Assembly: GCF_009834535.1 (NCBI RefSeq)
Contig: NC_045696.1
Span: 70,806,001-70,870,000 of the forward strand
Reading direction: 5' to 3'
From: Camelus ferus
Taxonomy: Eukaryota
Length of the DNA: 64,000 bases
Shown here: positions 13,310 to 26,100 of the stretch, piece after piece
Layout: every line of letters starts with the position of its first letter
How positions within the stretch are numbered: the stretch's first letter is position 1
Notes under the pieces: generated by a model
Told to the model about the DNA's origin: nothing
What the model saw: the letters and a program-made list of their open reading frames with translations, nothing else
Database searches by the model: none
Made by a program: the position numbers and the translations under genes

Positions 13310-14082
13310 AAGAGAATCATCTTATTGCCTTTATTTCACTGATGGCCCAGCTGGCCCCACTGTAGGGCACAAGGCCAAGCTTTTACACACTCACCCATGC
13401 TCTCTGTGCAGGCCAGTGCGTGCACACACACATACAAACACACACACTCACTCACACACACATCGGACCTCTGGCTCTGAGAGTCAGTCTCTGGGGGCAA
13501 GGGGCTGCTCCTCAGCCTGCCCCTGCCTGCCCTTTTATGACAGCACCAAGGGCGGGGGTGGGGCAGGGCCCTCAGCCCCCAGAACAAGTCCCTGTGCAAA
13601 CTGGAGGTGCCAGCTGGCTTCAGGATGGGCGTATCACATTTTCCCATTCCTGGAGTCCCCTCCTCCAGTTCCTGAGGGAGGGACTGTTCTCTGCCTACCT
13701 GGGGGGCCAGACCCCTGCCAGGGCTGGGCCCTATGGAACCCAGGCTGATCCCCCACCTGACCATGCCAGGACCTCTGGCACTGAAGAACAGCCAAGTCTG
13801 AGGCGGTGGGGATCCCCCACTGGAGAGCAGGAAGGCCCCGAGGGGCTTGGGTGGGGTCATCACCCCCTCTCCTAATCCATCTTCAATATGAAGAGGTTTG
13901 GGGCACACTTCCTGGGGAGGGAGCACAGGCCTGGAGGAGAAGTCCCAGCTTGGGCTCTCCCCAAACTTCCATCTTCTGGGCCACAGCCTAAGGCCAGGCA
14001 TCCAAAAGTCCAAGAGTCCAGCCGGCTGGTCAGAGTCCCTGCACAGTCCTTGAGGGGGCACCCACCCAGTGGGAGCTGGGTG
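13310..14082 (-). other. EPHB3: EPHB3 3' UTR (about 770 nt; end approximate)
   Basis: Lies between the stop codon and the AATAAA at 13330-13335; contains a UG-repeat tract at about 13418-13460. Confidence 0.8.
13330..13335 (-). terminator. EPHB3: Polyadenylation signal AATAAA of EPHB3
   Basis: TTTATT on the plus strand; mRNA reads GAAATAAAGGCAATAAGATGA; first canonical hexamer I found downstream of the stop. Confidence 0.85.
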
Positions 14083-14191
14083 TCAGACCTGCACCGGCAG
14101 CGTCTGGTTCATCTGCAGCCGCATGTCCTGGATACTGCTGAGGATCTTCTTCTGGTGGCCAGCCAAGGTGACCCCGATCCGGAGCAGGTCT
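14083..14191 (-). CDS. EPHB3: EPHB3 exon 16 coding part (109 nt; SAM end and PDZ-binding motif)
   Basis: TGCAG|A GAC CTG...: [35 protein letters not shown] then TGA at 14085-14083. Confidence 0.95.
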
Positions 14192-17100
14192 CTGCAGATG
14201 GGCCAAGGGCAGGATCAGTCCCTCCCCTCCTACCCACCACTCTGAGCCCAGCTCAGAGCCCCCTCCTGTCCTGCCCCTCCAAATGTGAGGCACACTCACT
14301 CTGCGGTCATCTGGGCCACCAGGTCAAAGGATGCAAACCCTGCGCTGACAAAACTCTCCTTGTACCGACCCATCTTGATGGCATCCAGCCAGTCACCAAC
14401 TGTCGTGAAGGTTGTATAGTCTGGGACTGTGCGGTCCAGGAGGGGCTGTGACATGCTGTGGGGAGAAGAGAGGGACTTGTTGAGTCCTGATGTCAGGGAA
14501 GGGGTAGGGCTGCTGGCTTGAGAGCAGAATAGAAGCAGAGGTACTGACCCAGACTGGGCACTGGCGATGACCTTAAGGCTGGCGGCGTTGCGGATGAGCT
14601 TGTCCAGGGTGTTCACAATCTGGGAGAATTTGGGCCTAAGGTTCCGGTCCCGCACCCAGCAATCTAGCATGAGCTGGTGCAGTGCTGTGGGGCAGTCCAT
14701 GGGTGGGGGCAGCCGGTAATCCTGCTCCACGGCATTGATGACCTGAGCCAACAGCAGGGAAACCTGGAGTGAGCCACTACTCTGCTCCCCAGCCATCTCC
14801 CACCCACCCAAGCGCTCTGGCTGACCCTACTCACATCCTGGTTGCTCATGTCCCAGTAGGGTCGCTCGCCATAGCTCATGACCTCCCACATGACGATTCC
14901 ATAGCTCCAGACGTCACTAGCAGAGGTGAACTTCCGATAGGCTATGGCCTCTGGGGCGGTCCAGCGGATGGGGATCTTCCCGCCCTGGTGAGGGGGGCAC
15001 ACGCCCTTCACCCTATGTCTCCGGGCTGGTTCCCAGCCCTGAGCCCCTACCTGTTTGGTCCCTCCCCCAGTCTCCCTCCCAGCTGCTTCCTGTACCAGGG
15101 AGCTGGTGTAGGTAGGATCAGAGGGATCATCCTCCAGGAAGCGGGAGAGGCCGAAGTCCGAGACTTTGCAGACCAGGTTGCTGTTGACAAGGATGTTGCG
15201 GGCAGCCAGGTCACGGTGCACATAGTTCATCTCGGACAGGTACTTCATGCCGGCAGCAATGCCCCGCAACATGCCCACCAGCTGGATGACTGTGAACTGT
15301 CCATCGTTGAGCTAGAGGCAATGAGAAGCCTCAGGGGGTGTCCATCACCTCTTGCCTGGCCCAGGGCCTGTCCAAGACCTTCGTTCCTGCTCACCTGCCC
15401 ACCCTCTTCAAGTCCTCCAAGATCATGCCTCGTCTACCATGTGCAGAGTGCACCAAGAGTAAGCAAGATGCCCTCTTGTGTGGCAGGCATCTGTGTACAT
15501 CATCCCAACTAACCCCAGGACCCAAATAGCTCTTCCACTCCCATTTTACAGCCAAGGCAAGTGAGACTCAGAGAGGTTAAGTAAAGCCTGAGGTCACACA
15601 TGCAGCAAGGGGCAGAGTCAGGATGAGAACACTGGTTTTTCTGGCTCTGAAGGCCTGGCTGTTTCCCTGCACCATGCCACCTAAGGAAATATTTGGACTT
15701 CAACAAGGTCTGTCTGACTTATGGGAGAAGGTAGGTTGCCCAACCCAGCTCTCTAGGGGAGGGGAAGGAGCTGGGGGTTGGCTCTTACCCGGAGGAAGGA
15801 GTCCAGGGCACAGTTCTCCATGAACTCAGTGAGGATCATGACTGGCCGACTCTTGGTGACCACACCCTCCAGCCGGATTATGTTGGGGTGGTCAAACTGA
15901 CCCATGATGGAGGCCTCGCTTAGGAAGTCCCGCCGCTGCCTCTCCGTGTAGCCCACCTTCAGTGTCTTGATGGCCACAAACACCTCCCTGCGGCCAGGCT
16001 GTTTCAGCCGCCCCCGGCACACTTCCCCAAACTCCCCTGCAGGGCACAGGGCACACAGGTAGTAAGCAACTTCTGTACCCAACTGGCCTTGGCCCTCCCC
16101 CAGGGTAACCACTGGCTCTCCTCCCCACTGTGCCCGAGGGGTACTTACCAGCTCCAATCACCTCCTCAATCTTGACGCAGGACACATCAATCTCCTTGGC
16201 AAACTCCCGCACAGCCTCATTAGGGTCTTCATAGGTAAAAGGGTCAATATAAACCTTCATTCCAGGAGCAACTAGAGGAAGAAAAGGTGGGCATGAGAAT
16301 GGGCCAGATCCTTGAGCTGGGGACGGTGAGGAAACTCCTGAGCTGTGCCCCCAGACCTAGGATACTGCCCCAGGCTCTCCCCTCTGATGGGAGCACATTC
16401 CCAACCTCCTTGCTAAGCCTGTTCCACATTTCTCTCCCCCTCTCCCCAGCCCGCCACGGTCCCCTCCGTGAGAACTAGTGACCGTAAAGACTGGACACCT
16501 AGGATTCTTCTTTCTCCCTCATCTCTCATCATGTCAAAACCTCTCAGATTCATCCCTCTCTTCATTCCCACTGCCCCCACCTGACCTTGTCCAGGCCTTC
16601 AACACCCAGATTCTTGCAATAGCTTCCCAGCTGGGCTCTCTACCTCTAGACTTTTCTCACCTGATCTATCTCACATACCTGTCTTCCTGCAACAATACTT
16701 TCATTGTATTGCTCCCCAGCTTGAGAGCCTTTCAGATTACTTATGGTGCAGTCAAGTCCAAACTCCTCTGCCTGCCTTTCACGACCCTCCAAGGACTGGC
16801 CACAGCTACCAAGCCTGGCTTCCCAGCAGCTGTCAAACCAGTCTTCTCACTGCCCCCACAGTTGGGCACTCTCCCCACCCTACCCACTACCTTCCAGAGG
16901 CTCCTAAAGCCAGGAATGCTCTCCTCTACCTTGCTAAATCCTATGTTTCCCACTTGGCTCAGCTCAGCCCAAGGCCTCCTCCTCCTCCAAGAAGCCTTCC
17001 CCTTCTCTGAACTCCTACTGCCCTTTATAACAGGAACACATGGCTTAACACTTAATTGTTCTCTCATTGTTTCCTGTGTGTATGTATCTTGTCTCTCTCA

Positions 17101-20100
17101 CAAGACTAAGTGCCCCTGAGGACAGGGGTCATGTCTCATTCATCTCTGGGGCTAGCAGGAGTGAGGTAGGGGCTCAGGAAATGGCACTTAATTGGAAGCA
17201 GGAGGGGGCAGCCTGGGTAAGAGTATAAGGAATGAAGTCCCAGGTAGGGAAAAGAGTGTCTCCAAGCCCTGCAGGGATCAAGGGCTCTTTGGGAGGTCAG
17301 GATGAGGAGGCAAACTCACTGTATTGCTGCAGCTTCTCCGTGTACTCCGAATCAGAGCCGTGTCGCTGCTTCCTGGAGGGGGTGGAGGGGAGGGGAGGCC
17401 TGAGACAAGTCCAACAGCTCTCTTTATTCAGAGCATCCTTGGGCTTATGGGAGGGGCAGAGTGCACAAGGGACAATCCAGCGCCTGATCCTACGGTCAGT
17501 GGTTACAGCTCCCACTGGGTTTCTGTGCAAGAGGCTCGCTCAGTGGATTTGGTCCCTGAGGGAATTTGCCAGTAGATTCAGGGGACAGGGAGGGGACAGG
17601 GTGAGGACATGAGTGTAGACTGGAGAGGGCCTTTCCAGCAAGAAAAGCCTGGGCCCAGGAAGGCTGTGGCTCTGGGTTTAATGTGGAGGATGGTTCACCT
17701 ACATGGCGTAAGGGCTTTAGGGCACGAAAGGGAGGCTCTAGTTGGCCCCTAGGCCTGGGAGTACCTGAGGCAGACGACAGCGATGACCACGACAGCCACC
17801 ACGAAGACAAGCCCAGCCGTGGCAGAGCCCACAATGAGGGGGAGTTGCTCCTGGAGCTGCTGAGCACCAGAGCCTAGAGACCAGGAGGGACTAGTGAGTG
17901 GAGAGGTGGAGAGTATGGGCCAAGGGGCAGGGACAGGTGCAGGGGGGTGTGTACCTCTCTCGCTTGTGGTCTCAAACTCAGCAGGGTGGCTGTACTGCCC
18001 ATAGCCAGCTACTGTGCGGGCGCGGACCTGGACCACATAGCGGGCGTCAGGCCGCAGCCCATCCAGCTGCACAGAGTTCTTCTGGCTGGTCACTGTGGAG
18101 GCGATGCCCTCACTCTGCAACACCAGGAAGAAGGTGGCGTCTCAGTGGATCCTGATGCCGTCAGCACCTGCCCACCCCCTGGCCTGCCCTCTGGCCCCCT
18201 CAGTCTCTGAGACCTTGCTTCCAAGGGCCCCTGACACTATCTGGGGTAATCTTCTTGTTCCAAAGCCTCCTCCTGCCCCTTGAGGCTCTGACCTTCTCAA
18301 AGTACTTCATCTCATAGTCCAGGATGACTCCGTTGGGCCGCTCTGGGGGTGCCCAGGACAGGGTCAGGCTGCTCCCGGAGCTGCTGTGCAGGTGTAGTGT
18401 AGGCACTTCGGACGGGGCTAGGGGAAGAGCAGGGGGCTCAGCATGGGCTCCTCAGGCCCTGGCATCCTTCCCAAGGACCCAGTTCCCATGGGACCCTCGG
18501 TGGTCCATTGGCAGGTCCCAGGCAGCTCAGCTCTATATGAGGGAAGATGACCCAGGCCCTACCCTCCTGTGCCCTTTCTCACCAGCCTGGTTGGTGGTGA
18601 TATTCACAGCCGCATAGCGGGGGGGCAGAGGGCTCTTGCCCGAGACACCGTTGACTGCTTGCACCTCAAAAGTGTAGCGTGTGTGGGCCAGGAGATGGCT
18701 GATGTGGACTCGGCGCTCTGTCAGACCCAGCTGCCGAGGCACAAACTCCACGTTGTCATCACAGCGTGAGCAGGTAGTGGTGCCCCCAGCTCCAGGGCCC
18801 CCATGGCACTTCTTGCAGATGACATTGTATAGGAGGTCGTCCCGGCCACCCAGGTCCCGGGGCTCACTCCACTCGAGGATTAGTGAGGTCTCATTTACAT
18901 TGGAGATCACACCCCGGGGTGGAGATGGCACCGCTGTGGGGAAGGTTGAAGGAGAGGACAGTGAGATAGGGCCCTAGGACCACCCTTCTGCCCAGAGTTC
19001 CTGCACACTCCATGCTGCTTCCTTCCTCCTTGCCTTTGCCTCTGCTTTAATAAGCACAATATCTTTCCTACACTTCGTCCCTGGGCAGATTCCTGTTTGG
19101 CCTTCAAGGCTAAATTTGAGAGGTCACCTCCTCTTGGAAGCTTTCCTTGATTCATTCTCTCCCCGTCTTCTGCACTCCCATAACAATTCCTGGGCATCCC
19201 TCCAGCCCAGCACTTAGCATATTATATGTCATTATCTGTTTTCACTTCTGTTTCTCCTACCAGGTTGCAAGCTCCTAGGACAGTGACTGTATCTTCTCCT
19301 TCATACCACTGGTGCCTGGCAATGCCTGGCACCAAAGGCCAGAGCAGGGAGGAAGCAGGACATCAGGACAACCCCCTCTGTGGTTAAAGCTGGGCCAAAA
19401 GAATAGCAGTTCTAGATGGAGGAAGGAGAGATGGACTAGAGGATTCCAGCCAATTCCTGATGCCCAGCGAGGAGCTAGTAGGCTCTTATTAAATGTTGAT
19501 GGAAGGGCTAAGCCTTTTATCTCACCTGGATTCTGGCTCAGGGCTGGTCACTTCCTACCTGTGCCATGTGGAGCACATCCAACACCCCTTCCCGCCCCTG
19601 AGCCTGCATTTCTCCATCTGGAAAACGGAGGTATTCATAGAGGCCGTTTAGGCGCCTCCAGGCTGACTCACAGAGGGAAGGCCTGCAGTGGGAGAGTATG
19701 AGGGCATGTTCACTCACTGGTACAGGCACTGTCTGCAGAGTCTGAGTCCGCACGGTAGAAGTTATTGTGGCAGGTGCAGATGCTGGCGGCTGGCGAGGTG
19801 GTGCGGCTGTTGGGGGGGCAGGGGAGGCAGGGACCCTCCCCCTGCTTCGCCTTGTAGCTCCCAGGGGGACAGGCTGCGGGGGAGAAGAGGATAGGCATCT
19901 CACCTCCCTTCCCTGCAGACACCAACCCTCCACACCTCTGTGGGAATCTGGCCCTTCCCCAGCACAGGTCTTGGCCCCTCCACCTCCCAGACTGTGAGGG
20001 CCATGCTGGTATTGCCCAACTCCGGCTGCAGCTACAAAAGGCCCTTTTGCCCCGTGGAAACCCCATGTCAGCGGATTCCTCACAGTCCCTGCCCCCCCAC

Positions 20101-23100
20101 CCCCAATCCTGAGGCCTTGCGGACGAAGACGTCAGCTCCATCACCTGGACAGCCTGGGCTTGTCGAGGCAGGGAAGAGAGGGAGGAGGAAGAAGAGGAGG
20201 GGAATGGGAGGAGACCATTAGCGGGCTGGCAGCAGCACCCTGTACTCTGCTGGGATCTCCCCACCCCTCCCTGAAGCTGGAGGACAATTATTCCTGAGGA
20301 CTCTCAAGGACACCTGAGGACCCTGCCAGGATGTGGGGCCTCTGAGTTTCACAACTAGCCTCTCCCCACACTCCAGGAGCTGGGCAGCAGCTCCTTTCTG
20401 CCCTTGGGCAGGGATGGGGGCTGAGGAAGGGTGAGAATAGGAGAGAAAGAAAGCAGGCAGGAAGGCTGGGGTCACCTGGAGTTCAGAGGCCTCGACACGT
20501 CCACAGGGGGAGCCCCAATCCCCAAAGGGAGCCCAGAGCTTGGTGCCTGAACATCCCCTCCTGCCCTTTCCTCCTACACTCAGGGGCCCTGGGCCTGGGC
20601 TCTGTGGATTCCTCATATCTACAACAGCCATACAATTTATTATCCAAAGCGGAATATTTTGAGAGTGAAAGGGGGCATTGGTAATAATCATGTTAGCATG
20701 GTGGGCATAAACCAAGACTGCGCTGGACACACTAAAGCATATGGTCACCCTGTCCATATGTGACTGCCTTTGGGGAGGTCATTTGGAGTGTGGGATGCCC
20801 AGGGTTGGGGCTCTGCTCTTCTCTGGGGTTTAATCTCCCCTAAGGTGATATTCCATCCAAGCTCTCTTGAGCCAGTGGGAGAGGGGGCAGGGGCCAGGCC
20901 AGCATGGTTGCTATGGGAACCAGCATGCATTTCCTGCCAGGGACCTGCAGAGTGTTAGCCCCTCTTCAGGCTGTCAGGCTCATCACCCCCACCCCCTTTC
21001 TCCACTTAGGAGGAGGAAGTCTGGGGGCAGGTTCCCATAGAGAAGTGGAGAGGGGCCGGGTAAGGCACTGTTCACCTTCCCACGACAACATAGGACATGG
21101 GGCCTCACAGTCATGCTGGGCCACCAAGCCCCTCCCACTAAAGGCTGTGCTAAGAGCCAGCTCCCACCTCTCGATCATCAGTGGGAAGAGTCGTGCAGAG
21201 GGGACAGAAACAAGGCCCACAGCACCTTGGCCTGCATGGTACAACACTGGATAAGGCTGGAGTTCCAGCTCCCACATTCCCACCTATGAGGCCTGGAATG
21301 CAGAACCTCTCTGCGACTCAGTTTCCTTACTGGCAAAACAGAGTAGGTAACTGGAATCTACCTTACAAGGTCATGGTGAGGCTCAAATGAGAGAACTTCT
21401 CGTGAATGGGTGTTTCAGCTGGAAAGTCTAGTACATCGTGAGGTCTTACAAGTCTTGGCGAGCCTCCAGAGACAGGCCTCTTAACTGACTCGTGTATGAA
21501 ATGAGGACAAAACATTCCTGCCCCCCATGCGCCCCAGGGCTCCAGGGAGTCATGGCTAACTCTTACACAGTGTCGGGCTTCCCATGCGCCAGGCACTGCT
21601 CCAAGGGCTCCCCTGCATCACTCACTTGAGCCCCACTACGACTCCATGAAGGAGTCACCATTAATGTCCCCATTGTGCACATGAGGAAACCAGGGTTCAA
21701 AGAGCTAAGTACTTTGCCCAAAGTATCACAGGTGCTAAGTGGCAGAGTCAGGACTCAGGACTTTAGAGACCAGGCCCCTAACCACTGTGCAAAAAATACT
21801 GCCTCTCAAGATGCAGGTGAGACCCCCCGGTGAAAGGGCCAAGCATGAGGTGCCCGCAGCCCTCATCTGATACTTCTAGGGTGAAATATACACTTGGGAC
21901 TGGACAAAGCGGGCATCTCTGCCGGCCTAAGTCTCTGACCAGGTTCTCCAGGGGCCTCTTTGTCAAGGATTCTCCATGTCTTTCTTCCTCATTTCAGTCC
22001 GTTTTTTCTCTTATTATCCTGGTGTCCCTCCTCATTTTCCCTCATCTCCCTCCATGCACAGCATTCTGTCTGATACCCCTCTTCCCTAGACCTGAGGCCA
22101 GACCTCCCTGTCCAGCAGGTAGGAAGCAGCAGGTAGGGGGCAGTGGGTGGCAATGGCCCAGACCCTCCCTTCCCTTTCCTCCCCAGGCCAGTCCCCACTC
22201 ACGGCGGCACTGGGACTCCTTGGCAGCTGGCTCATGGCCGGTGGCACAGGTGCAGGCACCCACAGGCACCATCCACTCCCCGTCACCGTTGCAGTAGAGC
22301 TTGAGTGGCACCGACACCTCCACGGCGTTGGCGATGCAAGTGCCGGGGGCAATGACCAGTGAGGTGGGCTCAGCCCCAGTGAGGGTCTCAGGGAAGAGGG
22401 CAAAGCTTGCAGTGGTGGACGCACACTTCTTGTAGAAGGCGCGCACAGAGATGAGCGACATGCAGGCGCCTTGGTCCTGGAAGGCCAAGTAGAAGCCGGC
22501 CTTGGAGAGTGGCCCGAAGCTGCGCACCTTGGTGTTGACTCGGCCAGCATCGAGCCGCGAGAAGCTCTCATCGGGCGCGATGGTGTCCACCTTCACATAG
22601 GGGTTCTCCATCCAGGAAGGGGAGGAGGCTGAGGCCACATCGCTGTCAGCCTCATAGTAGAAGAGGTTGAAGGTCTCCTTGCAGGAGCCAGGGATGTTGG
22701 GGATGCTGTTGCAGTCACGCACAGTGAACTTGAGCTCCACGTAGACCCGCTGCACATCCCGCCGCCAGATGAACCCCGTGCGAAGCCAGTTGTTCTGGCT
22801 TGACTCGCGCACATTACATACCTGGTACGTGCGGATGGGGTTCATGGCCTCGTCATAGCCGCTCACCTCTTCCCACTGTGCATAGACCAAGTGAAAAAGA
22901 CAGAGAGTGAGCACCAGCATTTGCCAGGTGCTTATCATGAGCCCAGATCTGCTATATTTACTTCACAGAGATGCTCCTATGGTGCAGTGTCTGAGCACAC
23001 AGACTATGTGGGTTCAAATCCCAGTTGTCTGTTTGCTGTGTGACTATGGGTAAGTCACTTGACCTACCTGTGCCTGCATTTCCCCATCTGTAACATGGTA

Positions 23101-26100
23101 AGAATAAAGATGTATAAGGAATGACTTTAAATGAATAAAGCACTAAGAATGGGACACTTGATAAATCCTATGTGAGTATTAGCCATAATATTTATTACCT
23201 TTATGCCTCAGTTTCATTGTCTATAAAATGGGGCTGACTGGAAGTAAATGAAGCTGTGAAGAATTCAATCAGTTTAATACACTGCAACAATGCCTGACAC
23301 AGAGCAAGTGTTCAATAAATACAGGTTATCACTATTACCATCGCATTTAACCTTCACAGGTCTTTACGAAGGTGCACCTGTTGTCCCCACTCCAGAGAAG
23401 AGGAAGCCAAGACTCACAAAGGCAGGAACCTGCTCAAGGTCACAGAGTCAGGTCTGGTGACCGAGGGCCTGCAGTGTCATCCAAACCCAGTGTTCCAGAA
23501 CTTAGTGCAGTTGTCAAGGCCATCTAGGGAGCTTAATTAGAACACTTTAGAGATGTCAGGACTAACTACAGGAATGTAACAAAGATGGAGGCCCAGAAAG
23601 GTAAATCATCTTGCTTAAGGTCATACAGCAAGTTGGAGATCTGGAACCAAGGTTTCCTCATTCTCAAGCCAGTGCTCTTCGCAAGGACCCAGGAAAGAGG
23701 AAGATGGCCAGGACAGGCATGTAAGGGGCTGTCAGGCAGGAGAGGGAGGGAAATTGGCTGAAGACAGGCTGAGGGGTGGGCAGAGGGAGAATGGCACAAA
23801 GATGGTGTGTATGTGGGAGGGGGTACAGAGGCAGGCTGAAGAGTGAGAAAGAAAACACTCACAGAGATGGACCATCAGGCAAAGGAGGAAGGTGACAGGT
23901 GAAGAGGATGGGGATAATGCAGGAGGTGAAACTGATAAGCAGGGAGCAGAGGCAGCCCTTCTTCAGCCCTGGTGAGGTGGGGGGGGTGAACACTGTAGGT
24001 GGGAGGGGGCTGATTGGCAACCAACACTCAGGACAAATGGTGGGGAAGTCTTACCCCACTTTCTGGATGAGATGTCCACGCCAACTCAGATGTCACCCAT
24101 TTTGTATCCATGAGGGTCTCTGTGGGAGCAACAAAAGAAAAGGTCAAGGGCCAAGCTCAGGATGAAGACAACAAGGAGGTTGCCCAGGACACCAGAAGTC
24201 GATTCCCACCAGGTAGCACCCCACCCTACCCCCGAGTTCCCAAAGCCCTCAGCTCCTCTGGCCCAGAGAAGACCCTGCATCCTCAGAGATGTCTTAGCCC
24301 CAAGGATGTCTCATCGGGCCAGTTGGGAGTGGGTATAAGCTGCTGACCCCAGGTCTGGGTTAATGAGGCAGGAGCAAGGGCTGGTTCACACACCTACAGG
24401 CTCTGCTAATCTCCACACAAAGGAGGTGGCAGGGCTTTTATCCTGGAACAAAGGGCCGTGTGCTTCAGACCCTGCTGCCCAGGCCTCCCCTGACTCCATT
24501 CTCAACATAAAGGCCCAGCCCCCCACACACTCAGGGGAAGGGGAGAGCAGTCACAGGTCAGAGCCCACTCCCACCCAGCCTCCCACTCAATCACCTCTAG
24601 GGGACAGGGCAGGAATGCTCTTTGAGGGTGGGGTCAGGGCCACTAAGGCCCAGACCGGCAACTCGAGAGCTAGTTCAGTACTTCCTGCAATCCTTGGATG
24701 AAAGTACTGTTGGTGTACCTCTTTTACAGATGAGAAAAATGATACCCAAATAAAGGCCTAAGGTAAAACTGCTAGAACTTGAGGTGAAGAGTTGAAAGGT
24801 GGCTCAAATTCAGGTCAATCTGATTCTACAACTAACCCCTTAACCAGGGCACTCTGACTGCAATATGCCCCTTTGCAAAGGGGGAACAGAGAAAACCTGG
24901 AAAGCTCCTGTTATCCTTTAAGGCCCAAGCAAGCTGTCACCTCCTCCAGGAAGCCTTCCCTAACCTCCCATGTCAGGGTTGGATGTCTTCCTCTGTGCAT
25001 CCAGGGCCAGGGGCTTTGTCACAGCACCAATCCTTTTCTGAGCTTTGGGTTTTTTATCTGTTTTCCCTTGTTTGGCCATAGGAGGGGCCTATTAATGTTT
25101 GTGACACAAACTTGCTCCCCTAGGACTCTGGTTCTGGGTTCTGGCTTGATAATTCTCTCTGACAATGTGACCCAAACATCAGACCCAGGAGCAGGAAAGA
25201 AAGAAGCCCCAGCTCCTTTCTTATAGTCTGGAAGACAGCCAGCAGTTCTCCCCTCAACTCTGAGCTAGAATGGTGCGGAGTCACCTCGAAATCAACAGTG
25301 GGGCAGGGTGGAGGTACCCAGGGAGGGAAAGATCCAAGCCCCACAGGCTCCAGGCTTGTGGCCTTCACCAGTTGTCCACAGTCTGGGTCTGAGGGGAGGA
25401 TGGTGGATGAGGCAGCTGTGGCCCCAGACCCTCATGTGAGGCAAGGGGGCAGCAGGCAGCAGCCATTCACTTCAGGGAGTGAGGCTCCCTCCATTTCCTG
25501 TAGCAGCAGCTGGTCCCTGGAGAATCTGGCTGCAGGGTGAGCTATCCCAGCTTCATCGTCGGTGGCCTGACAGGCCCCTCTGGCAGACAGACAGATAGAC
25601 ATAGGCATTCAGCAGCAGGGTAGAGGGGTACAGGAGGGAAGAGGGGATGGGCAGAAGCAGGGGCCCAGAGACAAGCAGGGAGGGAGCGGCACAGAGCAGG
25701 CGGATGGTAGGTACACAGAACTGGAGGGCTGTGCAGAGCTGGCTGGGCTGGCTAGGACCAGACAGCCGGGATGGCCGGCGGCGGACTACAAAAGACAGCG
25801 AGATGGAGAGACAAGGAGGCCCAAGGAGACAGACACAGAGACAGGGAGGGAGGTTGCCAAGTAGCTTCTTCCCCAGCCAGCAGCCTGGAGTATTCCTGTC
25901 CCTGGGAGCAGCCGAGCCAAGCGCAGCCCCTCCCCCTAGCCAGTCCGCCCGCTTGTCTGCCCGCTGCCCGCCTGCCAGCCCATCAGCGAGCAGGCCAGGG
26001 CTCCTACCGCTCCCTCGCCCTGCCTCCCTCCTCCCTCTCCCTCACTTCCTTCTGCTCAGCCTGTGCCAAACCCATCTGGAACTGTTTAAACCCAAATATT

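Noticed and set aside
16478..17119. 213-aa antisense ORF in intron 9 (and 172-aa ORF at 6961-7479)
   Set aside because: Both coincide with decayed L2 sequence and show no coding signature
20636..20641. Sense AATAAA in intron 3 (possible soluble ectodomain isoform)
   Set aside because: Lies within a MER94-like element about 1.5 kb from a strong GTGAGT donor; no further support
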